Positions 17,850-28,228 are shown, numbered from the stretch's first letter. The stretch is 56,460 nt of DNA from an uncultured Candidatus Saccharibacteria bacterium (GCA_964556655.1 CAZKWY010000002.1:1-56460), one strand, 5' to 3'. The notes: generated by a model from the letters alone, not told the origin. Numbers and translations are program-made.

Positions 17850-19006
17850 CTCTTAGAAGAATTATCATTTAAAGGGGTTTTTTTGGCAGAAATAGTTTTA
17901 AATTCTTTGGCTTGGATTTTTGCTTTTTCAAGTTCTTTTCTTTCAGGGCGGGGGAGAGAAGGAATAATTTTTTTAAGCTTGGTTTTATCTAGAGACAACA
18001 CAGCTTCCCATTTGTTTAGCGGCTTTAAAACTTCTTTTATCTTCTCAGGATCGTAGGAAAATCTTTGTTGGGAGAGGCGAGTGATATATCCTTCATCGCC
18101 AAAAACACGATCAATACCTTTTTCGTCGCAATAACGATTGATGGTTTCTTTTAGCTGGGCCATTTCTCGAGCATGGCTGGCCTGCTGGTCTTTAATGACA
18201 AAATATCTTTTAATTGCTTCTTTGATCTGGCAATCGTCAACATTATAGGAATCAAGATATTTATGCTTATAAAGAGGACAGTGGGGTTGGTAGGGACACC
18301 AGTCGCAAAGAGGGTTAGCGCGTGGCTGATAATGGCTGTTTTTTATTTCTTCTACCAGCTCTTTTATTTTTTCTTTGTTTTCCTCCAGCTGTTCTTTCTT
18401 TTGGATAGTAGAGATTTTTTCTCCATGCCTAACATAATAAAGAGAAAGCTTGATAGGTCGTTTTTCTTCTGCCAGTTTAGGCCAGCGGTTTAAAAGCCCT
18501 AGATAATAGACGGAGAGCTGAAGATTGCTATCAACTTCTGACTGAGGCGGCATTTTTCTGCTGGTTTTGTAGTCAATTACTTCAAAAGAACCGTCTAGCA
18601 ACTTATCGATGCGGTCTATTCTCCCGCTAATATGAAATTGTTCTTTATCGCTAGTTTTAAGAGGCGTTTTAAAAGGCACTTCTAGGCCGACAACGGTTGA
18701 ATTAATGGTTTGATTTTGCGCGTAATAATTTTTAAGTATTTCTATTCCTTGATGGAAGGCGAAAGCTTCTTCCTGTTTATCTTGGTAGGGCTCGTTCTCC
18801 CATTTGGCGGTAAAATATTTTAAAAGGTCTTCTTCGCTAAGAGGAATAGAGGAGTCGGGGCTGTGAAACAGCCGCAAACATTCGTGAATCAAAGTGCCAA
18901 AAAGCGCCTCTTTTGATTTAGGCGTTTTTATTTTTTCTAGATACTGAAATTTATACTTAGCCGGACAAACAGAAAAAGTGTCCAGTTGGGAATAAGATAC
19001 ACGCAT
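17846..19006 (-). CDS. PD-(D/E)XK nuclease (Cas4/RecB-like, Fe-S cysteine motif) with extra C-terminal domain
   Basis: N-terminal Cys (FSVCPAKYKF), GTLIHECL, the nuclease core GRIDRID..FEVIDYKTS, QLSVYY, and the cysteine triad CDWCPYQPHC. The ~140 aa beyond that are unassigned. Confidence 0.75.
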   Translation of the reverse strand: MRVSYSQLDTFSVCPAKYKFQYLEKIKTPKSKEALFGTLIHECLRLFHSPDSSIPLSEEDLLKYFTAKWENEPYQDKQEEAFAFHQGIEILKNYYAQNQTINSTVVGLEVPFKTPLKTSDKEQFHISGRIDRIDKLLDGSFEVIDYKTSRKMPPQSEVDSNLQLSVYYLGLLNRWPKLAEEKRPIKLSLYYVRHGEKISTIQKKEQLEENKEKIKELVEEIKNSHYQPRANPLCDWCPYQPHCPLYKHKYLDSYNVDDCQIKEAIKRYFVIKDQQASHAREMAQLKETINRYCDEKGIDRVFGDEGYITRLSQQRFSYDPEKIKEVLKPLNKWEAVLSLDKTKLKKIIPSLPRPERKELEKAKIQAKEFKTISAKKTPLNDNSSKS

Positions 19007-19009
19007 AAG

Positions 19010-19954
19010 TTATTGGCCAAATTTTTTACCGCCGTGAAAGTGACGGTGGATATCTCTTAAATGTTTTTTCGTGACATGAGTATAGACTTGAGTCGTAGCA
19101 ATATTTTTATGGCCTAAAAATTCTTGGATAACACGCAGGTCGACTCCTTGAGAAAGCAGATCGGTGGCAAAAGAGTGGCGCAAGGTATGAGGAGTAGTAT
19201 TGGCAGGTAAGCCGGCTAAAAGAGCATACTTTTTAATAAGTCTTTCTATGGAGCGGTCAGTGATTCGGCGCGGAGACTTCTTTCTGCCTCGGTAATTGAT
19301 AAAAAGGGCCTCTTCTTTGTCCGCTCTTGTTCTTAAATATTTCTTAAGCCAATGGACAGCTCTTTCGGAAAAATAGACTGTGCGGTTGCGATTGCCTTTT
19401 CCCACAATGCCTATTTCTAAATCTTTAGCATGGCCGGCAATAGGCAAGCGGTCTCTATCCAAAGAAGTTAATTCGGCAATTCTTAAGCCGGTAGAAAAAA
19501 GCACTTCTAGGATAACGCGATCGCGCAAGCCGGATTTTTTATTAAGATTAGGAATAGCTAGCAATTTCTCTATTTGCTCTAAGTTTAAAAAATGAATAGC
19601 TCTTTCTTCTTTATCTTTGGCTAGTTTTATTTTTTCCGCTGGCAAAGAGATGATGTCGCGGTTGGCAAAATAATTTAAGAGCGATCTTAAAGCGATTAAA
19701 TAATAATTCTGGGTTGATTTCTTGAGCGGTTTTTTTGCTTGGCGCGAGAGATGCACTCTATACTCCCAAATATGAGCGGGGGAGAGCTCATGCGGTTTTA
19801 AATTATCTAAGTCATTTTCTTCTAACCAAGAGATAAATTTTTTGAGAAAGCGAGCGTAATTTTCTTGTGATTTATTAGAGAGACCTTTCTCAATATCGAG
19901 CCAGTCTAAAAAGTCAGTTAAATGTCCAGGAATTGGCTTTTGGCTTTTCTCCAT
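19010..19954 (-). CDS. Tyrosine recombinase, XerC/XerD family
   Basis: Contains SAM-like N-domain, RDRVILEVLFSTGLRIAEL, HTLRHSFATDLL, and LGHKNIATTQVYTHV with the catalytic Tyr. Confidence 0.85.
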   Translation of the reverse strand: MEKSQKPIPGHLTDFLDWLDIEKGLSNKSQENYARFLKKFISWLEENDLDNLKPHELSPAHIWEYRVHLSRQAKKPLKKSTQNYYLIALRSLLNYFANRDIISLPAEKIKLAKDKEERAIHFLNLEQIEKLLAIPNLNKKSGLRDRVILEVLFSTGLRIAELTSLDRDRLPIAGHAKDLEIGIVGKGNRNRTVYFSERAVHWLKKYLRTRADKEEALFINYRGRKKSPRRITDRSIERLIKKYALLAGLPANTTPHTLRHSFATDLLSQGVDLRVIQEFLGHKNIATTQVYTHVTKKHLRDIHRHFHGGKKFGQ

Positions 19955-20020
19955 TTTTCTTTTGTCTTAAATGTGTATTAAGGTATATTATGCGACTTAT
20001 ATATTCCTTTTATTTACTCA

Positions 20021-20500
20021 TTATAATACCATTAAACTGATGCCTTCCTCAACTCCCCTCTCCTTCGCCTTAGACATGACCGATATCTTGCCGCATAAAA
20101 ATATTTTTTTAGAACCATCCTTAGACTCTCTTAGCCAGTCTCTCCCCTCCTGAATCTTTGTTTTTAGGGGAGACAATAGGTCCTTGAGCCAATCGACAAG
20201 TCTTCTGGCTTTGCTTTGAGCTTGTTTTTTAGCTTCTTCTTTGGCTTTTTCTTGGGCTTTATTCACTATTTCAGATTGTTTTTTCTTAATGGTTTCTTGG
20301 CTTTCTTCTAAAAATTGCTGGCTAGCTTCGGGAATTTTTTCTGTTTCCGCCGAACTAAAAAAATGTTTAACAGGTTTAACTATTTTTTCTATAAAAAAAG
20401 AATAAGCTTGCCCTGTGCTTCGCTGGCTGCTTTCTTGAGCAAAAGCAGAATTAGAAAAGAAGATAAAAAAGATAGCTGTTATTAATAATATTTTTTTCAT
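20021..20500 (-). CDS. Hypothetical secreted protein
   Basis: Signal peptide MKKILLITAIFFIFFSNSAFAQ followed by a Lys/Glu-rich helical region. Confidence 0.5.
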   Translation of the reverse strand: MKKILLITAIFFIFFSNSAFAQESSQRSTGQAYSFFIEKIVKPVKHFFSSAETEKIPEASQQFLEESQETIKKKQSEIVNKAQEKAKEEAKKQAQSKARRLVDWLKDLLSPLKTKIQEGRDWLRESKDGSKKIFLCGKISVMSKAKERGVEEGISLMVL

Positions 20501-20518
20501 TTGACAGAAATAATTTGC

Positions 20519-21226
20519 TTATTCTTTTTTTACCGGCCTTAAAACGCCCAAAGGAGTAGATTCATCGCTTTGGCCTAAAGGATTGTCTTTAAGGGCTTGA
20601 GCCAGCATTTTTTTATTAACTCCCCTGCTAGCTCCAAGAATGCGCACGCCTAGATCGTTGGCGTCAACAATGGCTGCTGGAATGCCAATCGCGTGGCTGA
20701 TTTCTTGAACAATTTTTTGCGGATGAGCAGGGCCTTTGCTGGCATGTTCATTATAAGGAGGAATAGCATAAGAAACTGCTCCATCAATAGAACGCGCCTT
20801 GTCCCCTGCTATCATATAGAAGACTCCTCTAATGCCAAGGGGCTTGGTTAAAAAAGCGGCAGCAGCTGCAAAAAGTATTCTTAAAAGGCCGGCTTCCTCA
20901 ATGGCCAATTGCATTGTTTGCGGAGAGGCTAGGCCAATGCCAGCCGGATTTTTATAAACATGCTTACTGAGCCATTTAGCTATCGGAGAAGGTTTAATTT
21001 TGTCTAAATGATAAGATCTTCCTTGCATAATGGAAATAACTTTTTCACTGATAAAAAGGATATCGCTTTTTCCGACTCCGACAAAAGGCTGGGCATATTT
21101 TTTAATCACAGCTACGGGATCATCTTCCTGCGGAGTGATAAGAGGAGTTTTAATGGGATAGCGAAAATATTTTTTGCCGTGGATATCAATGATCAATTTT
21201 TTTCCGGGGTTAGCGCGAAAAGGCAT
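20519..21226 (-). CDS. F420-0:gamma-glutamyl ligase (CofE)-like family protein (tentative)
   Basis: The size and segments such as ILFISEKVISIMQGR and AAIVDANDLG..NPLGQSDESTP resemble this family from memory. No search was possible. Confidence 0.4.
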   Translation of the reverse strand: MPFRANPGKKLIIDIHGKKYFRYPIKTPLITPQEDDPVAVIKKYAQPFVGVGKSDILFISEKVISIMQGRSYHLDKIKPSPIAKWLSKHVYKNPAGIGLASPQTMQLAIEEAGLLRILFAAAAAFLTKPLGIRGVFYMIAGDKARSIDGAVSYAIPPYNEHASKGPAHPQKIVQEISHAIGIPAAIVDANDLGVRILGASRGVNKKMLAQALKDNPLGQSDESTPLGVLRPVKKE

Positions 21227-21235
21227 ACGATTAAT

Positions 21236-22522
21236 TTAATGATAGACAAGCATTTGATTAATACTGGTCGTAGTCTCATAAAGGCTAGCAATGAAAGCTC
21301 GGCTGGAATCTAGGTAAATATTAGCGCCAAAAAGCGGATCATGGACTACATATCTTCCGTCAGATGTCTTGTGGTGAACAACGACATAGTGTCCCCCGCT
21401 AGTCCCATTAGCATGGATACGAACAATTACTGGATAGCCGGCGCCGATTTCTCTGTCTATCCTAAACCAATCGGCAGCAGTTCGATAAGTATTAAATACC
21501 AGCCGAACATTTCCCCGCTTCTCCGGCCAGATTAAAAGATCATAATAGAAAATGGGCTGCTTAGCTAGCTGGCCGGGAGTTATGGCTTGCCCGTTTTCAG
21601 TCAAGACCATGGCCACTGAACTGATAGCGCACCCATAATCTTCCATTCTGGAATTACTCATGCCGATATTCGCCTTAGCCCACCTAGGATCATCTTGCCG
21701 GTAATACCAATTTGTGGAAGCCCAATATTCCGCTGGCGGTTTTTCCTGTTCCATTTTGAGTCGGGACAGCTCCGCTGCTTTTTGCTGGCGCAAGCGGTTG
21801 ATATCTCCCAAAAGGCTTCTTTTCTGCGCTTCAATATTGCTCAACATAGACTGGTATTTTTCTTCCTGGCCTTTGGTATAGCCAAGAAGGCCTTCTCTCT
21901 TTTCTCTTTGTCCAGCAAGAGAGTATTTTTCTTTGTTTAATTCTTCCTTTAATTCATTGAGGCGTTCTTTTTTAGCCTCCATGCTTTCTTTGTCCTCTTC
22001 CAGCAAGCTTTTAAGTTTTCTTAGTTGTTCCACTTTTTCCTGGACAGCGTTTTGGAGATTGTCCAAATAGGCTATCTGGCTAAAAAAATCGGAAAAATTA
22101 TCGCTGGAAAGAATTATTTCCATCTGGCTAGTCTGATCATATTCGGCGATAGACTGGATAATGCCTCCAATATGTTCTTTTTGTTCGGCAATATCTTCAG
22201 CCGCTCCCTTGATCCCGTATTCTAGGCGCTGGATTTCAAGTTGAGTTTGTTCAATTTTATCTTCGCTGATATTTATCTCTACTTGCAACTTATTAATTTG
22301 AGCGTTAAAAATATCTATCTGATTGTTAAGGCTTTTAATTTCGTTCTGTTTTTTATCTACTACTGCTTGGTATTCGCGCGCCTGTCTTTCCAACTCCATC
22401 CGCCGATTTTCTTTAGTCGCTATTTCTTTATCTAATTGATCAATTAAACCACCCTGGACAATTAGAGGCAGGATTAATAAAAAAGAAATAAGTAAAAATA
22501 TTTTTTTACGTCTTTTTATCAT
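21236..22522 (-). CDS. Secreted coiled-coil protein with C-terminal peptidase C39-like (papain-fold) domain
   Basis: Signal/TM segment, ~230 aa of heptad-like Q/E/K/L repeats, then YGCAISSVAMVL (Cys nucleophile context) and GGHYVVVH (His). Confidence 0.6.
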   Translation of the reverse strand: MIKRRKKIFLLISFLLILPLIVQGGLIDQLDKEIATKENRRMELERQAREYQAVVDKKQNEIKSLNNQIDIFNAQINKLQVEINISEDKIEQTQLEIQRLEYGIKGAAEDIAEQKEHIGGIIQSIAEYDQTSQMEIILSSDNFSDFFSQIAYLDNLQNAVQEKVEQLRKLKSLLEEDKESMEAKKERLNELKEELNKEKYSLAGQREKREGLLGYTKGQEEKYQSMLSNIEAQKRSLLGDINRLRQQKAAELSRLKMEQEKPPAEYWASTNWYYRQDDPRWAKANIGMSNSRMEDYGCAISSVAMVLTENGQAITPGQLAKQPIFYYDLLIWPEKRGNVRLVFNTYRTAADWFRIDREIGAGYPVIVRIHANGTSGGHYVVVHHKTSDGRYVVHDPLFGANIYLDSSRAFIASLYETTTSINQMLVYH

Positions 22523-22530
22523 GGAGCTTA

Positions 22531-23982
22531 TTATTTTTTAAGAGCCTGTTTAATTCTTTTCGCGCTTTTTTTCTTCCCTAAAACTTCCATAATTTCAAAA
22601 GGGCCGGGCGAGGCCGGGCGACCGCTTAAAGCCACCCTTAGGGGCCATAAAACCCTGCCTGTCCCCCGCTCTTTCGCCAAAGGCATAATCTCTTCTTTCA
22701 AAGCTTCTTTGTCAAAGCGGCTTATTTGAGAAATTATTTCCAAAACTGCTTCTAAATTATCTTTTGCTTCCCTTGCTTTCATGTCTTCCCAGAGAAGAAG
22801 CTTTTTGTCATAGTTTAGCTTATCGACAAAAAAGAGCTTGGTAAGCTTCTCTATCTCGTTTAGCTTTTTCATTCTTTCTTGTTCTAGACCGATAATTTTT
22901 CTTAAAAGATCCAAGCTTATTTTTTCTCCGGTTTTAATGACCTCGTATTCTTTTTCCGCAGTCTTTTTAATAAGCTTGCCTCTTTTTAAATACGGCAGGC
23001 ATCTTTTACTCAGATTGATCGGATCGAGGTGCCTAATATAGTAGCCGTTAAGCCAATTAAGTCTATCTAGATTAAAGATAGCTCCCCCCTTATGGACTCT
23101 TTCTATTGAAAATTCTTCTATTAATTCAGGCAAGGAAAAAACTTCTCTTTCTGTGCCGGGGTGCCAGCCCAAAAAAGCCATAAAATTAACTAAAGCTTCA
23201 GGTAAATACCCTTCTTCTTTGTATCTGTTTACTGAAACCGCGCCATGGCGCTTGCTTAATTTGCTTTTGTCCGATCCAAGAATAAGAGGCAGATGAGCAA
23301 AAAAAGGCTCTTTCTCTTTTAGGGCATAGTAAAGAAGAATCTGTTTGGGGGTATTAGAAATATGGTCTTCTCCCCTAATAACATGGCTTATTTTCATTTC
23401 TATATCGTCTATTACTACGCCAAGATTATATAGGGGGGTTTCTCTGTCCCTAGCGATGCTAAAATCTCCCAGCAAGGAACAGTCGAATTCAAGCTTTCCT
23501 CTGATCATATCATGAAAAGATATCTTTTTGTCTGATAATCTGAATCTGATAACTCCCCTTTGCCCGCTGGGAGATTTTCCTTTATGCTGACAGATGTGGC
23601 GGAGTGGCTCTCCTTTTTTAATCTGTTCCTCTTTCTCTTTTTTTAATTCTTCCTTGCTGTGAAAGCACCAGAAAGCATCCCCTGAGGCAAGCAGTTTTTC
23701 GATATAGGAACGATAGATGTGTTTTCTTTCGCTTTGTCTAAAGGGGCCTTCGTCCCAATTAAGTCCTAGCCATTTTAAACTTTCAATGGTATCTTTTTCA
23801 TACTCTTCCTTAGAGCGTTCTAAATCAGTATCCTCAATTCTTAAAATAAACTTGCCTTTGTTCTTCTTGGCGAAAAGATAATTAAAAAGAGCGCTTCGAG
23901 CAGTGCCTAAATGAAGAACGCCTGTTGGGCTTGGCGCTAATCTAACTCTAACTTGATCAATTTTTTGCTGTTGTTTTTCCAT
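22531..23982 (-). CDS. gltX: Glutamate--tRNA ligase
   Basis: RLAPSPTGVLHLGTARSALFNY (HIGH-type motif) and KLSKRHG (KMSKS motif). Confidence 0.9.
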   Translation of the reverse strand: MEKQQQKIDQVRVRLAPSPTGVLHLGTARSALFNYLFAKKNKGKFILRIEDTDLERSKEEYEKDTIESLKWLGLNWDEGPFRQSERKHIYRSYIEKLLASGDAFWCFHSKEELKKEKEEQIKKGEPLRHICQHKGKSPSGQRGVIRFRLSDKKISFHDMIRGKLEFDCSLLGDFSIARDRETPLYNLGVVIDDIEMKISHVIRGEDHISNTPKQILLYYALKEKEPFFAHLPLILGSDKSKLSKRHGAVSVNRYKEEGYLPEALVNFMAFLGWHPGTEREVFSLPELIEEFSIERVHKGGAIFNLDRLNWLNGYYIRHLDPINLSKRCLPYLKRGKLIKKTAEKEYEVIKTGEKISLDLLRKIIGLEQERMKKLNEIEKLTKLFFVDKLNYDKKLLLWEDMKAREAKDNLEAVLEIISQISRFDKEALKEEIMPLAKERGTGRVLWPLRVALSGRPASPGPFEIMEVLGKKKSAKRIKQALKK

Positions 23983-23984
23983 AA

Positions 23985-25094
23985 TTAACTTCCTATTTCA
24001 ATAAGTTCTTGGGCAATAGCTAACCCGGCTTTTGGCTGTGAAAAACGGCGCGCTCCTTCGGCCATTTGCCGCCTTAATTCTTCGTCGGAGATTATTTTTC
24101 TGATTTCGCCAAGGACTAAATGAGGGGTAATGTTGGCTTGTTCAAGAACCGAGCATGCCCCATAACGAGCGTAGGCAAAAGCATTAGCCCTTTGATGATC
24201 GGAAGCCGATTGAGGCAAGGGGATGATAATACTAGGCTTGCCTGCGGCAGCAATCTCGAAAATGCTTCCAGCGCCAGCCCTAGAAATAACTAGCTCAGAT
24301 AAGAGATAAGCGTCTCTTATTTGTTGCTCGTTTAAAAAAGAAAAAAGGTAGTAGTTAGAGGATTTTACTCTGGCGCTTTTTTCTTTGATAGCCTTGTAAT
24401 GATCTCGACCGCATTGATGAATAATTTGATAGTTCTGGCAAAGTTTAGGCAAAAGAGAAATAATCAAATCGTTTATTTTCTGCGCTCCCTGACTTCCGCC
24501 CATAACGAAAAGCAGAGGCTTTTCTTTGGTTAATCCCAAGCCTTCCGAACGTTTGTTTCTCTCTGGGCCAGAGACTTGCTTAAGGCGGACCGGATTGCCT
24601 ACAAGAGCTGTTTTTTTGCTAGGAAAATATTTCCCCGCTTCTTCAAAAGAAAGAGCAACTCTTTTGGCAAAAGGAGCTGTTGTTTTAGTTACTAGTCCTG
24701 GGATAGCGTCTGATTCGTGAACCATAACTGGAATTCTAAAAAGCCAGCCGATAAAGACAACCCAAAAACCTCCATGGCCTCCTTTGCTGAAAATAACGTC
24801 CGGCATCCATATAAAGAGATAAAAGAAAGACTGCAAAAAACTTAAAGGAAATTTTACTAGCAAATCAAAGACATTTTTAATAGAAAAATATCTTCTAATC
24901 TTGCCGGCCATTATTGTCCTTACTTTAATGCCTTCTTTAACAAGAAGGCTTTTGGAAAATCCGTTAGCGCCCAGAAAAAACATTTCAGGAAGCGCCTCCT
25001 CTTCGTTTTGAAAAGTGTTTTTGATTTCTCTAGCAACAGCGATAATGGGAAAAAGATGCCCCCCGCTTCCGCCGCCAGTAAAAAGAATTCTCAT
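23985..25094 (-). CDS. murG: Undecaprenyl-PP-MurNAc-pentapeptide GlcNAc transferase
   Basis: MRILFTGGGSGGHLFPIIAV N-terminus, the ...GGSQGA... motif, and dcw-cluster context. Confidence 0.9.
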   Translation of the reverse strand: MRILFTGGGSGGHLFPIIAVAREIKNTFQNEEEALPEMFFLGANGFSKSLLVKEGIKVRTIMAGKIRRYFSIKNVFDLLVKFPLSFLQSFFYLFIWMPDVIFSKGGHGGFWVVFIGWLFRIPVMVHESDAIPGLVTKTTAPFAKRVALSFEEAGKYFPSKKTALVGNPVRLKQVSGPERNKRSEGLGLTKEKPLLFVMGGSQGAQKINDLIISLLPKLCQNYQIIHQCGRDHYKAIKEKSARVKSSNYYLFSFLNEQQIRDAYLLSELVISRAGAGSIFEIAAAGKPSIIIPLPQSASDHQRANAFAYARYGACSVLEQANITPHLVLGEIRKIISDEELRRQMAEGARRFSQPKAGLAIAQELIEIGS

Positions 25095-25104
25095 AAGTTT
25101 ATTC

Positions 25105-26217
25105 TTATTTTTGATGTTTAGAGATATTAGCCAAGATACCCGAGGCAGTTAGCGCTACCGCCAAAGCTGTTCCTCCATAACTGATAAAAGGCAAAGGCAT
25201 GCCTGTTAAAGGAATTATACCAGAAATAGCAGCAATGTTAATAAAGGCTTGGAAAAAAATCCATCCAGTGATGCCTCCGGCCAAAAGATATCCAAAACGA
25301 TCTTGCGTTCGCCAAGCAGTCATCAGCCCGCGCCAGGCAAAGAAAACAAAAAGAGCCACTAAAATTCCTGCGCCAAGAAACCCCATTTCTTCTGCCACAA
25401 TAGCAAAAATAGAATCGCCAATTATCTCTGGTAGATATTTCCATTTTTGGACGCTATGACCAATTCCTAGACCGAAAAGACCGCCTGAGCCAATAGCCAA
25501 AAGAGCCTGATTGATTTGGTAGCCAATCCCTTGAGGGTCCATTTCTGGATGGAGAAAAACATTCAAGCGGTTCATTTGATAATGATTGGTCTTGATCCAA
25601 AAGAAAGAGCCAATTAATCCTAAAAAGCCTGCTATCCATAAATAAAGCATTTTTATCCCAGCCATAAAATAAATTAACCCCACAATCAAAAAAGTGATGA
25701 TGAGCGCGCTCATGTTCGGCTGGCAGACAAGCATTATTACGATGACGGCTAGAACAACTAAAAAAGGACCTAGGCTTTCCTTAACTGCTTTTTGTTCATC
25801 GCTTTTTCTGGAAAGAAGGCCAGCCAAATAAATAACTAAGGCAAGTTTTAAAAATTCAAAGGGTTGGAAAGAGAAAGAATCGACAATAATCCACCTTTTA
25901 GCTCCACTATGGCCATAGCCTAAGCCAGGGACAAAGACCAAAAAAAGCAGGATAAGAGCTAAAACTATCAGGGGGAAGGATATTTTTTTTAAACGGCGGT
26001 AGCTTATCTTATAAGCAATAAAAAATCCGATTAGCCCCAAAGGGAGAGCGTAAACAAGCTGGTGCTTTAAAAAGTAGTAGTTTTCTTGAAAGAGATCTTG
26101 CGAGACAACCACAGAAGCGCTAGCCAAAACTATCAGGCCAAAAGCAGTAAGAGAAAAAACAACTGCCATCAAGGCATAGTCGGGCCGATGTGACTTTTGG
26201 GAGCTTCTTTTATCCAT
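25105..26217 (-). CDS. ftsW: SEDS-family peptidoglycan polymerase FtsW/RodA
   Basis: About 10 TM helices with GLGIGHSVQKWKYLPE..DSIFAIVAEEMGF and PLPFISYGG motifs. The start is moved to the ATG at 26217 (MDKRSS...), because the track start would overlap mraY. Confidence 0.85.
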   Translation of the reverse strand: MDKRSSQKSHRPDYALMAVVFSLTAFGLIVLASASVVVSQDLFQENYYFLKHQLVYALPLGLIGFFIAYKISYRRLKKISFPLIVLALILLFLVFVPGLGYGHSGAKRWIIVDSFSFQPFEFLKLALVIYLAGLLSRKSDEQKAVKESLGPFLVVLAVIVIMLVCQPNMSALIITFLIVGLIYFMAGIKMLYLWIAGFLGLIGSFFWIKTNHYQMNRLNVFLHPEMDPQGIGYQINQALLAIGSGGLFGLGIGHSVQKWKYLPEIIGDSIFAIVAEEMGFLGAGILVALFVFFAWRGLMTAWRTQDRFGYLLAGGITGWIFFQAFINIAAISGIIPLTGMPLPFISYGGTALAVALTASGILANISKHQK

Positions 26218-26225
26218 AAAAAATT

Positions 26226-27275
26226 CTATCTCATAATCTGCTCGATAAAAGCAATAATTAAGCCGATGATAGCCGCTACTCCACCAATAATCCAAAAACG
26301 CATTGTAATGGTTGTTTCAGGCCATCCCTTTGCTTCAAAGTGATGATGGATAGGAGCAGAGATGAAAATCTTTTTTTTACGGATTTTTTTTGATGCTACT
26401 TGTAAAATTACGGAAGCTGATTCTAGAACAAGAATAAAGCCGATCAAAGGCAAGAGGAGAAAGGCGTTGGTCAGCATGGCAATAATGCCCAGCGTAATGC
26501 CTAGAGACATAGCGCCAGTATCCCCCATAAAAAAACGTGCCGGATAAATATTAAACCATAAGAAAGCCAAAAGTGCTCCGATAATTACTCCGCAAAAAAC
26601 AGCTAGATCCATTTTCCCTTGAGAAAAAGCAATTACTCCGTAAGAGGCAAAAGAGATTAGAAGCACTCCTCCTACCAGACCATCCAGACCGTCGGTCTCG
26701 TTAACCGAAAAAGAAGTAGCCACTAAAATAAAAACAAAGAGAGGAATATACCAAATGCCGATATTAAAGTCTCCTATAAAAGGAAGATGAATTAAATCCC
26801 AGTCAAGCTTGTAAAAAAACCACCATGCTCCGAAACCCGCGATAGCGGCATAGATCCAAAGGCGATGCCTTACTTTTAGGCCTCCTCCTTTGGGACCAAT
26901 TTTGAAAATACCCATAAGGTCATCGCCTAGTCCAACTAGCGCAGAGGCGACCAAGGCGCCTAAGGGGAGAAGTGTTTCTCCGCGACTTAGAAAATTGATG
27001 TTTTCTAAAAAAGGATGATTTATTAGCTGGCTCAAGAGCCATAAGAGAAGGGTAATGATAAGAACGGTTGCCCAGATAAGAATACCGCCCATAGTAGGAG
27101 TCCCCTCTTTTTTGCTGTGAAGCTGGTTAAAAACAGGCGCTCCCTCGGCTCTAATTTGTTTTCCTAGGCGATATTTCTCTAAAAATTTTATTAGTAAAGG
27201 CGTTAAAGAAAGGGCAAAAAGAAATGAAATAGCGGACAAACCCAGGATGCGGGCAATATGAAAAATATTTAGCAT
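26226..27275 (-). CDS. mraY: Phospho-N-acetylmuramoyl-pentapeptide transferase
   Basis: KEGTPTMGG, VNETDGLDGL, MGDTGAMSLG and PIHHHFE motifs. The ATG at 27275 is preferred over the track's TTG. Confidence 0.9.
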   Translation of the reverse strand: MLNIFHIARILGLSAISFLFALSLTPLLIKFLEKYRLGKQIRAEGAPVFNQLHSKKEGTPTMGGILIWATVLIITLLLWLLSQLINHPFLENINFLSRGETLLPLGALVASALVGLGDDLMGIFKIGPKGGGLKVRHRLWIYAAIAGFGAWWFFYKLDWDLIHLPFIGDFNIGIWYIPLFVFILVATSFSVNETDGLDGLVGGVLLISFASYGVIAFSQGKMDLAVFCGVIIGALLAFLWFNIYPARFFMGDTGAMSLGITLGIIAMLTNAFLLLPLIGFILVLESASVILQVASKKIRKKKIFISAPIHHHFEAKGWPETTITMRFWIIGGVAAIIGLIIAFIEQIMR

Positions 27276-27295
27276 AAGCAATAATAATTATTTCT

Positions 27296-28228
27296 TTAAG
27301 GCCATTGGTAGGCCTGTTGAGCCCATTGAATAAGTTTTTCTGTCTCTAAAAACCTTTGTTCGCTTCCTAGGACAACTGTAATAAAATAATGGCCTGACTT
27401 TTGCCTAACTACGAGCATAAGGCATCCTCCAGCTTCCTGAATATAGCCGGTCTTTCCTCCTAGCACGTTGGTTAATTTATTTAAAAGCTTGTCGGTATTG
27501 ATCCAGTGATGATGGACTTTTTCGTCTTCGGAAAAAAAATCAATCTCGGTAGTTTTAAAAATACGCCAAATAAGAGGAAAACGAAAGCTATACTGGGCCA
27601 ATTCGGCTATTTCATTGGCCGTTGAAATATTATCAGGTTGATATCCGCTAGGATCGGCGAAACTAGTGCTAGCCAAGCCGATTTCTTTGGCTTTTTGGTT
27701 CATTAAATTGACAAAATCGACTGACTGGTTTTTTTCTATGTGTTCTGCTAAGACAAAAGCGGCATCATTGCTCGATTCCATCAAAAGAGCGTATAAAAGT
27801 TTTTTTACAGAAAGCTTTTCTTCTTTTTTTAGCCCTCCCCTTTCCCCATATCCTTTTTCTAATGCTTTTTCAGAAACGACAATCTCTTCATTAATAGAAG
27901 CATTTTCTAGCGTAACAATCGCTGTCATTATTTTAGTAAGGCTTGCAATAGGCAAAACCTGATAGGCGTTTTTTTGGTAAAGAATTTGTTTCTTTTCTTG
28001 ATCAAAAATAAAAGCAGACTTAGCTCCTAGCGCCGGATCTCCTATTTCCCAATTACGAATGGGCAAAAAATTAGGATTAGTGCGCAAAGCAGCTGAAGGA
28101 AGAGTGTAATTTTGCTCTTGCCAACTAGTCCATATTTCTTCTTTAAAATTACCTTTGTCTGAATTGCTTAAAAGAGAAACAAAAGGGTTTGAGAAAACAA
28201 AAATCATTATCAAGAGTTTGATAAGCAT
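27296..28228 (-). CDS. D-alanyl-D-alanine carboxypeptidase (peptidase S11, low-MW PBP)
   Basis: ASLTKIMTA (SxxK), ESSNDAA (SxN) and GKTGY (KTG) motifs after a signal peptide. Confidence 0.8.
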   Translation of the reverse strand: MLIKLLIMIFVFSNPFVSLLSNSDKGNFKEEIWTSWQEQNYTLPSAALRTNPNFLPIRNWEIGDPALGAKSAFIFDQEKKQILYQKNAYQVLPIASLTKIMTAIVTLENASINEEIVVSEKALEKGYGERGGLKKEEKLSVKKLLYALLMESSNDAAFVLAEHIEKNQSVDFVNLMNQKAKEIGLASTSFADPSGYQPDNISTANEIAELAQYSFRFPLIWRIFKTTEIDFFSEDEKVHHHWINTDKLLNKLTNVLGGKTGYIQEAGGCLMLVVRQKSGHYFITVVLGSEQRFLETEKLIQWAQQAYQWP

